Positions 9,797 to 19,551 of a stretch of DNA of 53,339 nt are shown here, one piece after another (the stretch's first letter is position 1; the number at the start of each line of letters is the position of its first letter). Position numbers and translations under genes: made by a program. The stretch covers positions 1 to 53,339 of the forward strand of contig MRSU01000422.1 in the NCBI GenBank assembly GCA_008369845.1. The letters run 5' to 3'. This DNA is from Trichomonas gallinae (lineage: Eukaryota). Under the pieces are notes generated by a model. That model did not search any database. It was given only the letters and a program-made list of their open reading frames with translations, and was not told where the DNA came from.

Positions 9797-10789
9797 TCAA
9801 ATCGATTGAGTAACTTTTCTGATTCTTTCTGGGATATACTTCGAGACGAAGCCTAATACAGGATCGATTTTCTCAAGTCCTGGATAGCCGCAGAGCGAAA
9901 GGCCGACAAGAGAGAAGTGTGTATGAGTAAGATCTGGGCAAGCGAGGCTATTTGATCTGAATCTGCCGTGTCCAGCGTAGTTGCTGAAGATGAATGCTTT
10001 GAGTCTCTCTTTGTCAACGAAATCATCGAACCACCCAAGAGCTGTCATTGGTGCACCAATCCAGAACGAATAGCATGTATCTGTTGGCTTGTGTGTGCGT
10101 CCATTGAAGCCATCGTCTTGTCTCTGGGAGAACCAATAAGCTAATGCGCGCTTATCTTTAATTTTATCGATTCCTCCCCAAATTTTGAGAACTGAGATAG
10201 CACAGTATGTAGCACCGCCGTGTGCCTCTTGGCCTGGTTCGTGTGCGAAGCCTCCTTCGTAATTCTGGCATGATAAAACGTAGTTAACTGCAGCTTCTGT
10301 GTCAATTTCGCCATTATCGCCCAACATCAAGCAGATTGCTGCAGCGCAGAAGACGAAGCGAACATCGTCCTCTGAGCCGAGGTGATGTGCTCTAAATGAG
10401 CCAGATGGAAGTTGGAGAGATTTGAGTTCTGCGAGAATGCGGTCCTTCTCTACTCTCGAGAGGTCATCGCCGAGGAGAAGCAAAGACGAGAGAGCGCAGA
10501 AAGTCATTGTAATGTGAGATTCTTCGATGCGATGCGAAGGAGTTTCATGCATACAAGACTGTCTGAATCCTCCAGCAAGTGGTTCATGAACCTGCTGCTT
10601 GTATATCCACTCGATGAGCTTGTTTTTCTGTTCTTGATCGAATTTATCGAGAGCGCCAAGTAATGCGAGTGCATTTACTGCGAAATAAGCAAGGTTGCAC
10701 AGAGAAATCTCTTGCTGCTCGAATTCTGATGGTAATCCTTTGAGAATGTTGTTGAAATACTTGATGCAGTCGGTAAAGTTTAACTCCAT
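9797..10789 (-). CDS. PGGT1B: geranylgeranyltransferase type I beta subunit
   Basis: SHITMTFCALSSLLLLGDDLSRV, EDDVRFVFCAAAIC, QNYEGGF, EAHGGATYCAIS, GFNGRTHKPTDTCYSFWIGA, DLTHTHFSLVGLSL. Confidence 0.92.
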   Translation of the reverse strand: MELNFTDCIKYFNNILKGLPSEFEQQEISLCNLAYFAVNALALLGALDKFDQEQKNKLIEWIYKQQVHEPLAGGFRQSCMHETPSHRIEESHITMTFCALSSLLLLGDDLSRVEKDRILAELKSLQLPSGSFRAHHLGSEDDVRFVFCAAAICLMLGDNGEIDTEAAVNYVLSCQNYEGGFAHEPGQEAHGGATYCAISVLKIWGGIDKIKDKRALAYWFSQRQDDGFNGRTHKPTDTCYSFWIGAPMTALGWFDDFVDKERLKAFIFSNYAGHGRFRSNSLACPDLTHTHFSLVGLSLCGYPGLEKIDPVLGFVSKYIPERIRKVTQSI

Positions 10790-11209
10790 AATTTATGTCA
10801 CTTTTATTCTGTTTTTTTTTAATCTTTTTTATATTTTCTCAAATATGTAATATTTATCTAAAAAATTTCACTTTTTCCCATATAACAATCGTGAAATTTT
10901 AAATTCCCATATATTTGACGTGTAAAATGTCAGAAACAAATAATTCTATTTTACATGTCATTTTAATTTCTTTTCCTGAAATCTAAAATATTGTTCTGTG
11001 AACTATTAAACATGCGCCATGATATCAATGCAAAGATTTTCATTTATCATCTTACTTATTAATAATCCATATACATGATATTCTTATTTATAAAAAATAT
11101 CAGATGTTTTATATATGATTTGAAGAATTCAGTAAAACTATTTAGTAAAAACATGTATATAAGAATGGCTGGATCGTAACAAAAGCATATTTCATAAATA
11201 TGAATTTTT

Positions 11210-11536
11210 CTATTTGTTAACTCTGTTCTTGAAATCTGTAATAATTTTATATGTGTGCTCATTTTTCGCCAGCTCTAAGTATTTTTCAAGATGGAGTTGA
11301 AATGGAATATGATAAAGGCAAGGATTTTGATATATAATATTAAAGATTTCGTCAATAGAATATCCATACATGTTATCAACAGCGAAGTCAAGGCATGATT
11401 TCGTAATAAAAGTTGCAAGCAAAATACCCTGCTGTTCAGTTGATTTAAATGCTAAAAGGGCAGCGTAAACAGTCTGTGGATCTACTTTATCCGGTTTGTT
11501 CGCCAATGGATCAAGAATTTTCATTAAGTCTTCCAT
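11210..11536 (-). CDS. hypothetical protein (108 aa)
   Basis: ATG-initiated ORF with coding-like composition; Inr GTCACTTTT on the minus strand at 11553-11561, ~17-25 nt upstream. Confidence 0.7.
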   Translation of the reverse strand: MEDLMKILDPLANKPDKVDPQTVYAALLAFKSTEQQGILLATFITKSCLDFAVDNMYGYSIDEIFNIIYQNPCLYHIPFQLHLEKYLELAKNEHTYKIITDFKNRVNK

Positions 11537-11552
11537 TTACTAGAAAATACTG

Positions 11553-11656
11553 AAAAGTGACAAATTAGAAAAGTGAAATTGATGAAAAGTGTCAATGGAT
11601 AAAAGTGATATTAAGAAAAGTGCCATGAAATAAAAGTGGCAGGAGATAAAAGTGAC
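11553..11656. promoter_or_regulatory. phased array of seven AAAAGTG motifs (16-bp period) filling a 125-bp bidirectional promoter
   Basis: AAAAGTG starts at 11553, 11569, 11585, 11601, 11616, 11632 and 11648; the spacers differ in sequence. Confidence 0.85.
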
Positions 11657-11661
11657 AATCA

Positions 11662-12606
11662 ATGAGTGAAAACGATAATAGGCCGTGGAATGCAGAAGAA
11701 GATGCATTTTGCGTGTGGTGTTTCTTCTGTGCTCCTGTTGCCTCGTTTCCATCATTCGTTGATATACCAGGAAATCGCACTCCTGCGCAAATTTTGGATC
11801 ATTTCTTAACAATGATCAAGCAACCATTGCTTTTAGAGCGTGTCAGACAGTTTTGCAGCAACAATATATGTCAATTTCGTGATCAAATCCCATTCTCACC
11901 CGTTGAAGATTATTACCTAGTGAATTCATTGAGATTAGAGAATACATCGGATGCATCAAAGATTACAAAAACATTTGGCAATTACTTCCATATTAGCAGA
12001 ACACTCGCACAACTTCGTGCAAGGCAGTTTTCACTTAACATCGCAGGAAAAATGCATTATCCAGGACAACTAGAAGAATTTAAAGCATTCAAAAAGCAAC
12101 TACTCGAGAAATATACTGAAGATCAACTAGAAGAAATAGCTACTACCGTTGATCAACTTACTCCGTATTTTGTAGAAAAAGCCAAATCTGAGCCATTCAT
12201 GCAAGAATTAGAAAGAGTCATGAATGACATTGATCAGAAGACTCAAAGTTCGTTTGGAAGAGGTGACTATGCAGCTTTAGTTGGAAAATTAGGACCATTG
12301 AAAATAAACAGAGCAAAATCAATAATTGGACGAAGTTCTCAGTTTATTGGTGCTGATATAGATCTCACGCAATATCGTGTGCAGACAGTTTCTAGGAGAC
12401 ATGCTGAAATCAAGCTATGCAAAGATTTTAAGTTTTATATTGAATGTTTAGGATCCAATATTATCATTAATGGCACTGTATTACGGACAGGTGAGAAATC
12501 ACTGCTCTCTCATCGCGATATCATTGATATTGGTGGATGTCTATTTATATTCTTCCATAACTTAGAAATCTTTAAGAATATTAACGAAAACATTAATAAA
12601 GAATGA
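11662..12606 (+). CDS. FHA-domain protein, MCRS1/microspherule-like
   Basis: C-terminal FHA (IIGRSS...DIDL...VSRRHAEI...IIING...LSHRDIIDIGGCLFIF). N-terminal Myb/SANT-like WNAEED and FSPVED...FHISRT motifs as in MCRS1. Confidence 0.8.
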   Translation: MSENDNRPWNAEEDAFCVWCFFCAPVASFPSFVDIPGNRTPAQILDHFLTMIKQPLLLERVRQFCSNNICQFRDQIPFSPVEDYYLVNSLRLENTSDASKITKTFGNYFHISRTLAQLRARQFSLNIAGKMHYPGQLEEFKAFKKQLLEKYTEDQLEEIATTVDQLTPYFVEKAKSEPFMQELERVMNDIDQKTQSSFGRGDYAALVGKLGPLKINRAKSIIGRSSQFIGADIDLTQYRVQTVSRRHAEIKLCKDFKFYIECLGSNIIINGTVLRTGEKSLLSHRDIIDIGGCLFIFFHNLEIFKNINENINKE

Positions 12607-12767
12607 TTATTTGTATAATAAAAGCATATCATTACTAAATTATAATTTTTGATAAAAATTAAAAATAAAAATTAGGGACCATCTTTATCACTGATGGCAA
12701 TGTAATTAAAATTATACTGTTTTTTGAGCCGTTTATTGAGCGAGAGAAATTTAAAAAAAATTATAAT

Positions 12768-13277
12768 TTAAACTAAGATCTTGAGGTACTCTTCAGAGCA
12801 GTTACGAGCACGCTTTGTAAGTGTAATCTTCATATCAGAGAGTTCCTTATCAACATCAGTTAAGAAAGTGATGATGAAGTCGATAAGCTTAGATAAGATC
12901 ATCTGTTCAACATGGATGTTTGTAACAAGGAAGGAAATATCATATCCCTCGATTGGCTTCCTACGAATGATGCGGAACTGGTCAGCACGCTGAGAAAGGA
13001 AGCGCATGAACATTTTAGCGAGAATTCTATCGACATCATCGATCTGCTTTACCTTAACAGAGATACGGACACTGTTGATTGATGTCTCGATGTAAACTTT
13101 TTCGTATGGAGAGCGTGTGATTGTTAATGGTCTGGCGATAACTTCTGGTGTTTTTCCGATTTCGATTTCTGGCTTGTTTTGGCGCTCGATTTCCTGAGAG
13201 GCGAAGTTGCGAAGGCAAAGAGCAGCCTGGAGGGTCCTGCGGATTGCTGCCAAGTAAGAAGCAAGAGGATTGGACAT
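12768..13277 (-). CDS. ARPC4: Arp2/3 complex 20 kDa subunit
   Basis: YLAAIRRTLQAALCLRNFASQEIERQNKPEIE, IETSINSVRIS, FMRFLSQRADQFRIIRRKPIEGYDISFLVTN. Confidence 0.97.
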   Translation of the reverse strand: MSNPLASYLAAIRRTLQAALCLRNFASQEIERQNKPEIEIGKTPEVIARPLTITRSPYEKVYIETSINSVRISVKVKQIDDVDRILAKMFMRFLSQRADQFRIIRRKPIEGYDISFLVTNIHVEQMILSKLIDFIITFLTDVDKELSDMKITLTKRARNCSEEYLKILV

Positions 13278-13858
13278 GATTTACTGGGCGGTTTCTTTCA
13301 AAATAAATAAAAGTGACAAATAAAATGGAAATCAGACAAATTTTTTATTTCATTTTTAGGCTTTTTATATCACATATTTTTGTATTTTATCATCAAAAAA
13401 GAAAAAGTCAATAAATCTCGACATTCACTCGGTTTATCTATAAATATTTTTATATATTTAAATTACACTAATAATATACTTGTATATAATCAAATAAAAA
13501 TATTTTCTATTTTCAATTGTCATCATTAGTCAAAATCCTATTAAATATATATTTAATAGCTTAAGTCTAATATGTTTACACATTGAAGTGAGGTAAAGAC
13601 ATCTTTATATTGATTTCGAAATAAAAACTTAATTCATTGGACATGGCTATGAAAATTGTTATAAACCATATATGAACTATTGAACAACAAAATATAAAGA
13701 CATAATCTCATTGATAAATCAAAAATTTCAAATAAAATATCATAGAAAACAGAGTTTCTAAGCAAAATAATATGAAAGTAAAAGTTATTGGTTAGATATT
13801 ATTAAGTTAAATAGGTTTGGGAAGATTAAAGTAAAAAATCAAAGATTTTTGTTTTTTA

Positions 13859-14992
13859 TTACCGTTGAGCTTCCATCGAATATAGATCTTCTTCAGTCTC
13901 CTCTTCTGTATACACTTCCACTGAGTATAGATTTTCATCATCATCATCTTCATTAGTTTTAGTATCTCCTGCCATTGTCATTGTCTGCTCGACATATCTT
14001 TCAGCATAAAGGTCCTCTGGATCAGCATCGACGAAATCAGCGTCTTCTGGATCGCAAGAGACAAGAACCTCGACTTCTGTCAAATTAACTTCGTCTTCCT
14101 CTTCTTCAGGAAGCTCAGGAGCTGGCTCCTGGTATCCGAGTCTCCACTTAGCTGGGCATGTGGACTTCGGATAGAGCTTGCTTGGATGGATATTCTCGAA
14201 TTCTACGATTGGCTTTGGATTATCATCGATTGTTTCGCCCACAATTTGGCTGAGTGTTGGATCGAGCTCTGGGTGCATGAGTTTGAGCTGCTCGTTGTAG
14301 ATGTAGTCGAGCTCCTTCTGGAGATCGGCAAAATATGGGTCATTTAGGTATTCGTGGAAGTCGATCTTTGGTGTATCACCGCGAAGTTGTCTTGTTTCGC
14401 TAATTTCGGTAGAATCATTCCTTGTTTCGAGGACAGTTGATGGCGGGGCAGCTGTGCCATCATAGAATTCATCTCCAGAATCGTGTTTAACGAATCTTTT
14501 TCCGACTTTTGTCTCAGAGAACTTGGATTCCAAACCAAGGTCTCCCAAAATGTTCTTCTCATCGGCTGTTTCTGTGTTTTCCGTTGTGTTTTCTGTTTTG
14601 TGCTTTGATTCGCTATGTTTCGATTTCTTGTTTGTCGCAGATGTGTTTTCGATGAGTTGAACTGATCTATCCTTGACATGGTGGCTGCGTTTGCTATCTC
14701 TAATAGAGTTTTGGCGCTTAGATTGGTTATTTGTAACATCGGTGTTTGTGTTTGTGTTCTGTGTGAGTGTTGTTAAGTCAGTTGTGCTGACTGGAACGAC
14801 ACTAACTTCGGCGTATGTGAATTTTGTTTCGTTGTTTTGAGTATTTCTGCTGCTATGAGTATGAACATGCTTATGTGGCTTCGGAACACCATTCTCATCG
14901 AACTCTCTGGGCTTCTTTACGCGAATCCTCATCTTCTGTGGTTCCTGGTTTCCATCGCGATGAGAATGATGCTTTTTCGAATTCTCACTCAT
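13859..14992 (-). CDS. hypothetical low-complexity protein (basic His/Lys-rich N-terminus, acidic C-terminus)
   Basis: 377-aa ATG ORF with coding composition; no family recognised. Confidence 0.8.
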   Translation of the reverse strand: MSENSKKHHSHRDGNQEPQKMRIRVKKPREFDENGVPKPHKHVHTHSSRNTQNNETKFTYAEVSVVPVSTTDLTTLTQNTNTNTDVTNNQSKRQNSIRDSKRSHHVKDRSVQLIENTSATNKKSKHSESKHKTENTTENTETADEKNILGDLGLESKFSETKVGKRFVKHDSGDEFYDGTAAPPSTVLETRNDSTEISETRQLRGDTPKIDFHEYLNDPYFADLQKELDYIYNEQLKLMHPELDPTLSQIVGETIDDNPKPIVEFENIHPSKLYPKSTCPAKWRLGYQEPAPELPEEEEDEVNLTEVEVLVSCDPEDADFVDADPEDLYAERYVEQTMTMAGDTKTNEDDDDENLYSVEVYTEEETEEDLYSMEAQR

Positions 14993-16426
14993 ATATAATG
15001 TAAAAAAAACTGGATTCAGTTATATCTCAAAATTTCTCTTACAAAAGCGGTTATCTTTACAAAAAGTGACGATCTCTTACAACATCATTTTTAATTTCTC
15101 ACCAATCCTTTAACATTTAGCAAACTATTCCACTTACTATCATTATACAATCTATATTTGGATAATTATATCTCTTTAAAATGATATATTATCGATGAAT
15201 ATTAATATTTCATTAAAAAATATAGCAAAATCAATAACAATTTCTCTATTCATAGTTTAAATTACATCAATTATGTTTGTTTTATGTAATTCAAATCATA
15301 TGATTACGCTAAATTAAAATTGCATAATAATCAAATTCATTCTTAAAACAACCAAATTACAGATTGAATTCAAATACACATGAATATGATGTAGAATTAA
15401 GAGCATAATACATAAGTAAATGGTCAATATATAGAACTTAAAATTTAAATTCTCATTTTGATAGTAATTACATTGTATAATATAGTGTACAAATGGAACT
15501 ACATCGAAAAACGTACTAATTAGCGTATATTGTCGGTAAAATTCTAATTTGTATAAAAATAATTAAAGATTGTGAACACTTACTTATTACATCATTAATT
15601 TGCTGATGTAGTAACTATTGTTTAACTTATTGAAATCATATATTGCCGTTGATACAATATAATTTGAAATGAAAATGTCTAATTCATGTCTTTATATGTG
15701 TATATTTCGGACTTGCTGGTGTAATTATTCGATGGTTACTATCATATAATTTGTTCTGTTCATTATTTGTAATGTCGGTTTATATTGATTCAAGATCTGT
15801 CATGGATAAAGTGTTAATAATTCATCGAATCTGTAAGTGTTTGATGGAAATAAGCCTTATCGCTGAATCTGGCGATTAATACAAATTGAGCAATATTAGA
15901 AATCTAGATTAATGAGCTATGGAGAGGAGATTTAGATGTAATGAAAAGGGATTTATTAGTCATGTGATCCAAAACTAGATGTTTGCACTAAAAATTGAAA
16001 CATTAGATTGGAGAATTTAATGAAAAATGTGATTTTTTGTTTGACATACCACGGAGATGTATTGTTTGTGTGTAATGTAACTATTTCTCTGTAAGAAAAT
16101 TCCGAAAAATTAAAAAAATTCACATATAAACATTGTCAAAAATAAAAAATGAATGATTTTGTAGTTATTTTATGGGCAATATGCTAATTACATCTAAAAT
16201 GTATTAGATTTAGCAATTTAGATTTTGGCATCCTCATGTAAAAAAGGGAAAAATCAAGCAAAAAATGTAAATAATGATAAAAAAATCAATGACAATTTCG
16301 ATTTGACTTCACTTTTTCCACGGACTTTACACATTTGGATATAAAGATTCTCAGCCAAAATATGCTTTTACGCGTACGGACTGATCCCCATATAATGTTT
16401 TTAAAGAATTTTTGAGACGATAAAAC

Positions 16427-16442
16427 TGCGGTTTAATTCACA
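16427..16442 (+). promoter_or_regulatory. M3-like motif plus initiator of the coronin gene
   Basis: TGCGGTTT (16427-16434) fits the trichomonad Myb-type DRCSGYTD element as I recall it; TCACA follows at 16438, 10 nt before ATG 16448. Confidence 0.55.
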
Positions 16443-16447
16443 AAAAA

Positions 16448-18946
16448 ATGTATCCAGGAATCTCCGGCGCATTCGTTCCTGACCGCAAAATGGTCGACGT
16501 CGATATTAAGAAGGAGGAAAACATCCTTGAGATGTCTCCAAAACTTGCCGCTTGCGCATCAAATGATGCTAAAGATGCCAAAGTTACAATTTTTCCGGTT
16601 GAAGGCCTTCCAAAATTCGGTCTCTTCCAACCACGTATCAAGTCGTCAGGCGGATCAGTCACTGGTATCCAGTGGGCACCATTTGAGCCGAATTTAATCT
16701 TCGTTGGAACAAGTGGTGGCGATATCACTGCTTGGGAGATCCCAGAAAAGGGTCTTACATGCGACCTCACTAAGCCAAACGCTAAATACGATGCTGGCTG
16801 CGAAGTTAAATCATTGTCCGTTCATCCAACAGCTAAAACACTTCTTGCTGCTGGTCTTCGTAACGGCCACGTCATCGTTCTCGACAGAAGCCTCAACGTC
16901 GTCGCTGATCTCGAACATACTCGCCCACTCAATGCTGTCAGCTGGTCATACGATGGCAAATTCCTCTACGCACTCCACGTCGATATGCTCATGAGAATCT
17001 GGGATGTCAGAAAGAAGGAAATCGTCTGCGAGAAGAAATTAATCGGCTCTCGCGCTGTTGCTACTCTTGAGCCACTCCCAGGTGACAAGGTCATCGTCTC
17101 CTACAACGAGAAGAAGCAGGAGGTCCGCATTCTCAACCATCAGCTCGAGGAAGTCGCATCTCGTACATTCGAGACAGCTCCTTCACCACTCAAGATTCGC
17201 TACCACTTCACAAACTTGCTCGTCGCTCACACATGCAAGGCTAACAAGATCTCGTTCTTAGATGCTAAGGATCTTTCTGACGTTTGCGAATTCAACAACC
17301 CAGATATGATCTTCGCTGTCGCACCAGAGATGGCTCAGCCAAATCCAGATGGCAACAAGGTTATGGACTGCACAGTTACAATTGCTGGCAACTGCGTCCA
17401 GCATCTTGCTCTGACAATCCCTGAAAGCAAGCTCCCAATCAAGTTCCCACCAATGCCAGTTCTCGAGACAGAGCTCACAGGCGAGCAGTACATGGCAGGC
17501 CAAGACTTCGAGCTTAAGACCCTCAAATTAGAACCAACAGTCAAGGAAGAGGAAGTCAAGGAGGAAGAAGCCAAGGAAGAAGTCGTCCAGCTCGTTACAC
17601 GCTACCGCTACCTCAACGCTGAAAGCGACCCACCAAGCAAGTATTACACACATCTTCCAGTAGGCATCGTCCCGAACATGGAATTCAACGAAATCATCTG
17701 CAACGGCAAGTCCTTCGCTTTCATCGGCCAGGGCAACCCATCTCCAATTTGCTTCCAGCCAATGGACAAGGCCCAGCGCTACCCAGTCAACGCTCCAGTC
17801 ATCAAGGATCCACACAAGGGCGCTGTTTCCTTCATCACATACTCACCACACAACCCGAACCTTCTTATGTCTGCTGGTGATGATGGCAAGATCAAGCTTT
17901 GGGACGTTCCAGACGTTCTTACACAGGACATCACTGAAGAGAAGCTCTCTCTCCAGATGCCAAAGCGTGTCGGCCTCGCCAAGTTCTCAGAGTGCGTCAG
18001 AAACCTCGTCCTCGCTACATGCATGACACCAGACATCGCTCTTTGGGATCTTAACCGTGAGCAGCAGATCCGCAGCTTCTCCAAGTTCTGCCCAGCCATC
18101 GTCCAGGATGCTTGCTTCGATGCCTACTCTACAAATATCTACGCAGTCTTCAAGGACGGCACAGTCTCCGTCTTCGATCCAAGAGACAAGGATCCAGCCA
18201 TCCTTACAGGCCAGTGCCACCCAGGCCCACGCCACCGCCGTGTCCTCGACCTTCCAGACTACGGCAGATTCGCCACATTCGGTGCCTCAAAGAAGGGCTG
18301 GAGAGAAGTCTCCGTCTGGGATCCAAAGAACCTCTCTGCCCCACTCAAGACAGTCGAACTCGACACACAGACATCCCCACTCCTCCCAATGTACGAAGAA
18401 GGCTCCGGCATCATCTACATCGGTGGCAAGGGTGACGGCAACGTCCCATTCGTCGAGCTCTGCACAGACGACAGAATCATCGCATCCAGAGGCCAGTACG
18501 AGTCCGCCGAACCAGAGCGCGGCCTTTGCCTTGTCCCACGCAAGTACCTCGACGTCAAGTCCGTCGAAATCTCCAGAATGCTCAAGCTCTCAACAGAGTC
18601 AATGCGCGCACTCAGATGGAGAACACCACGTAACCGCCAGGAGTACTTCCAGGACGACATCTACGGCCCATCCAGAGATACCTCCAACCCACTCATGGAG
18701 GTCATGGACTGGGAGGACAAGCAGACGGACATGTTCCCGACGCTCAACTTGCAGCCAGAGGGCATGATGAAGCTCTCAGAAGCCGCCCCAATCGTCAAGC
18801 AGGCAGTAAAGAAGTGGAGCCCAGCTCAGCAGGAAGAAGAAGACCTCAAGTACAAGAAGCTCACAATCGATGACTACGTCGCCATGGCTCCAAAGATCTC
18901 AACAGAATCCGATGACGAGAAGCAGGAGGAAAGCGACAGCTGGTAA
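16448..18946 (+). CDS. tandem coronin (coronin-7/POD-1-like) with C-terminal acidic-Trp motif
   Basis: Two WD40 blocks. The second unit begins TRYRYLNAE and contains IIYIGGKGDGNV, PERGLCLVPRKYLDVKSVEISRMLKL and PRNRQEYFQDDIY. Ends DDEKQEESDSW. Strong C-ending codon bias. Confidence 0.88.
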   Translation: MYPGISGAFVPDRKMVDVDIKKEENILEMSPKLAACASNDAKDAKVTIFPVEGLPKFGLFQPRIKSSGGSVTGIQWAPFEPNLIFVGTSGGDITAWEIPEKGLTCDLTKPNAKYDAGCEVKSLSVHPTAKTLLAAGLRNGHVIVLDRSLNVVADLEHTRPLNAVSWSYDGKFLYALHVDMLMRIWDVRKKEIVCEKKLIGSRAVATLEPLPGDKVIVSYNEKKQEVRILNHQLEEVASRTFETAPSPLKIRYHFTNLLVAHTCKANKISFLDAKDLSDVCEFNNPDMIFAVAPEMAQPNPDGNKVMDCTVTIAGNCVQHLALTIPESKLPIKFPPMPVLETELTGEQYMAGQDFELKTLKLEPTVKEEEVKEEEAKEEVVQLVTRYRYLNAESDPPSKYYTHLPVGIVPNMEFNEIICNGKSFAFIGQGNPSPICFQPMDKAQRYPVNAPVIKDPHKGAVSFITYSPHNPNLLMSAGDDGKIKLWDVPDVLTQDITEEKLSLQMPKRVGLAKFSECVRNLVLATCMTPDIALWDLNREQQIRSFSKFCPAIVQDACFDAYSTNIYAVFKDGTVSVFDPRDKDPAILTGQCHPGPRHRRVLDLPDYGRFATFGASKKGWREVSVWDPKNLSAPLKTVELDTQTSPLLPMYEEGSGIIYIGGKGDGNVPFVELCTDDRIIASRGQYESAEPERGLCLVPRKYLDVKSVEISRMLKLSTESMRALRWRTPRNRQEYFQDDIYGPSRDTSNPLMEVMDWEDKQTDMFPTLNLQPEGMMKLSEAAPIVKQAVKKWSPAQQEEEDLKYKKLTIDDYVAMAPKISTESDDEKQEESDSW

Positions 18947-19551
18947 GTTTAAAGAGGGTATTTATTCTTTTTGAAATAATAAACGGGTTTTCATAACTTT
19001 TTTTATTAAAATCAACAACATTTTCTTGAAAAAAATTATCAAATTTATGATCAATTTGTAATATATCAAATTTAACCATTTTTAATACATTACTTGATTT
19101 AAAACATTATTTTTAGCTCGATTTTATTTATATCTAAAAACTTAAATTAAAAATAAAAATTAGATTAATAATAGCTATATTTGCAACTGACAAAAGTTTT
19201 ACTTTTGGTATTACTTTGATATGATCATATCAAATTTGTTATATTTCATTATATTCCCAAAATACAATTAAAAATATAGTAGTAAGATATTGTTTCAGCT
19301 GATGTATTTGCAGTTTTTGAAGTAAAAATTGATAGATAATATAATACTCATTCGCTTACTGCCATAGACAAAGATCTGATTTTGATAAATATTCAAATAA
19401 TATCCAAAACACTATAATTTAATGGAAAAACTGTTATAAAAATCATTGACATTCTTAAAACTCATTAAATATAAGCAAAAGATGTAAAAAAACTGAAAGT
19501 TAAGGATTATAAAAATTAACCTTAAAAATAATCGTCCCAAAATTTTGAGCG

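Noticed and set aside
11540..11812. Minus-strand ORFs crossing the AAAAGTG array, and a possible CRISPR-like reading of the array
   Set aside because: The ORFs are by-products of the motif array. 7-bp repeats with 9-bp spacers are far too short for CRISPR, and no cas genes are present.
14993..16420. 1.4-kb spacer with a slightly GC-richer patch (~15700-16080) as a possible pseudogene or ncRNA
   Set aside because: No ORF of 60 aa or more, no repeat and no RNA motif I could support.
16438..18767. Many overlapping and antisense ORFs over the coronin gene, including the 236-aa ORF at 18057-18767
   Set aside because: Shadow ORFs caused by strong C-ending codon bias; Ser/Thr/Arg-rich translations with no family signal.
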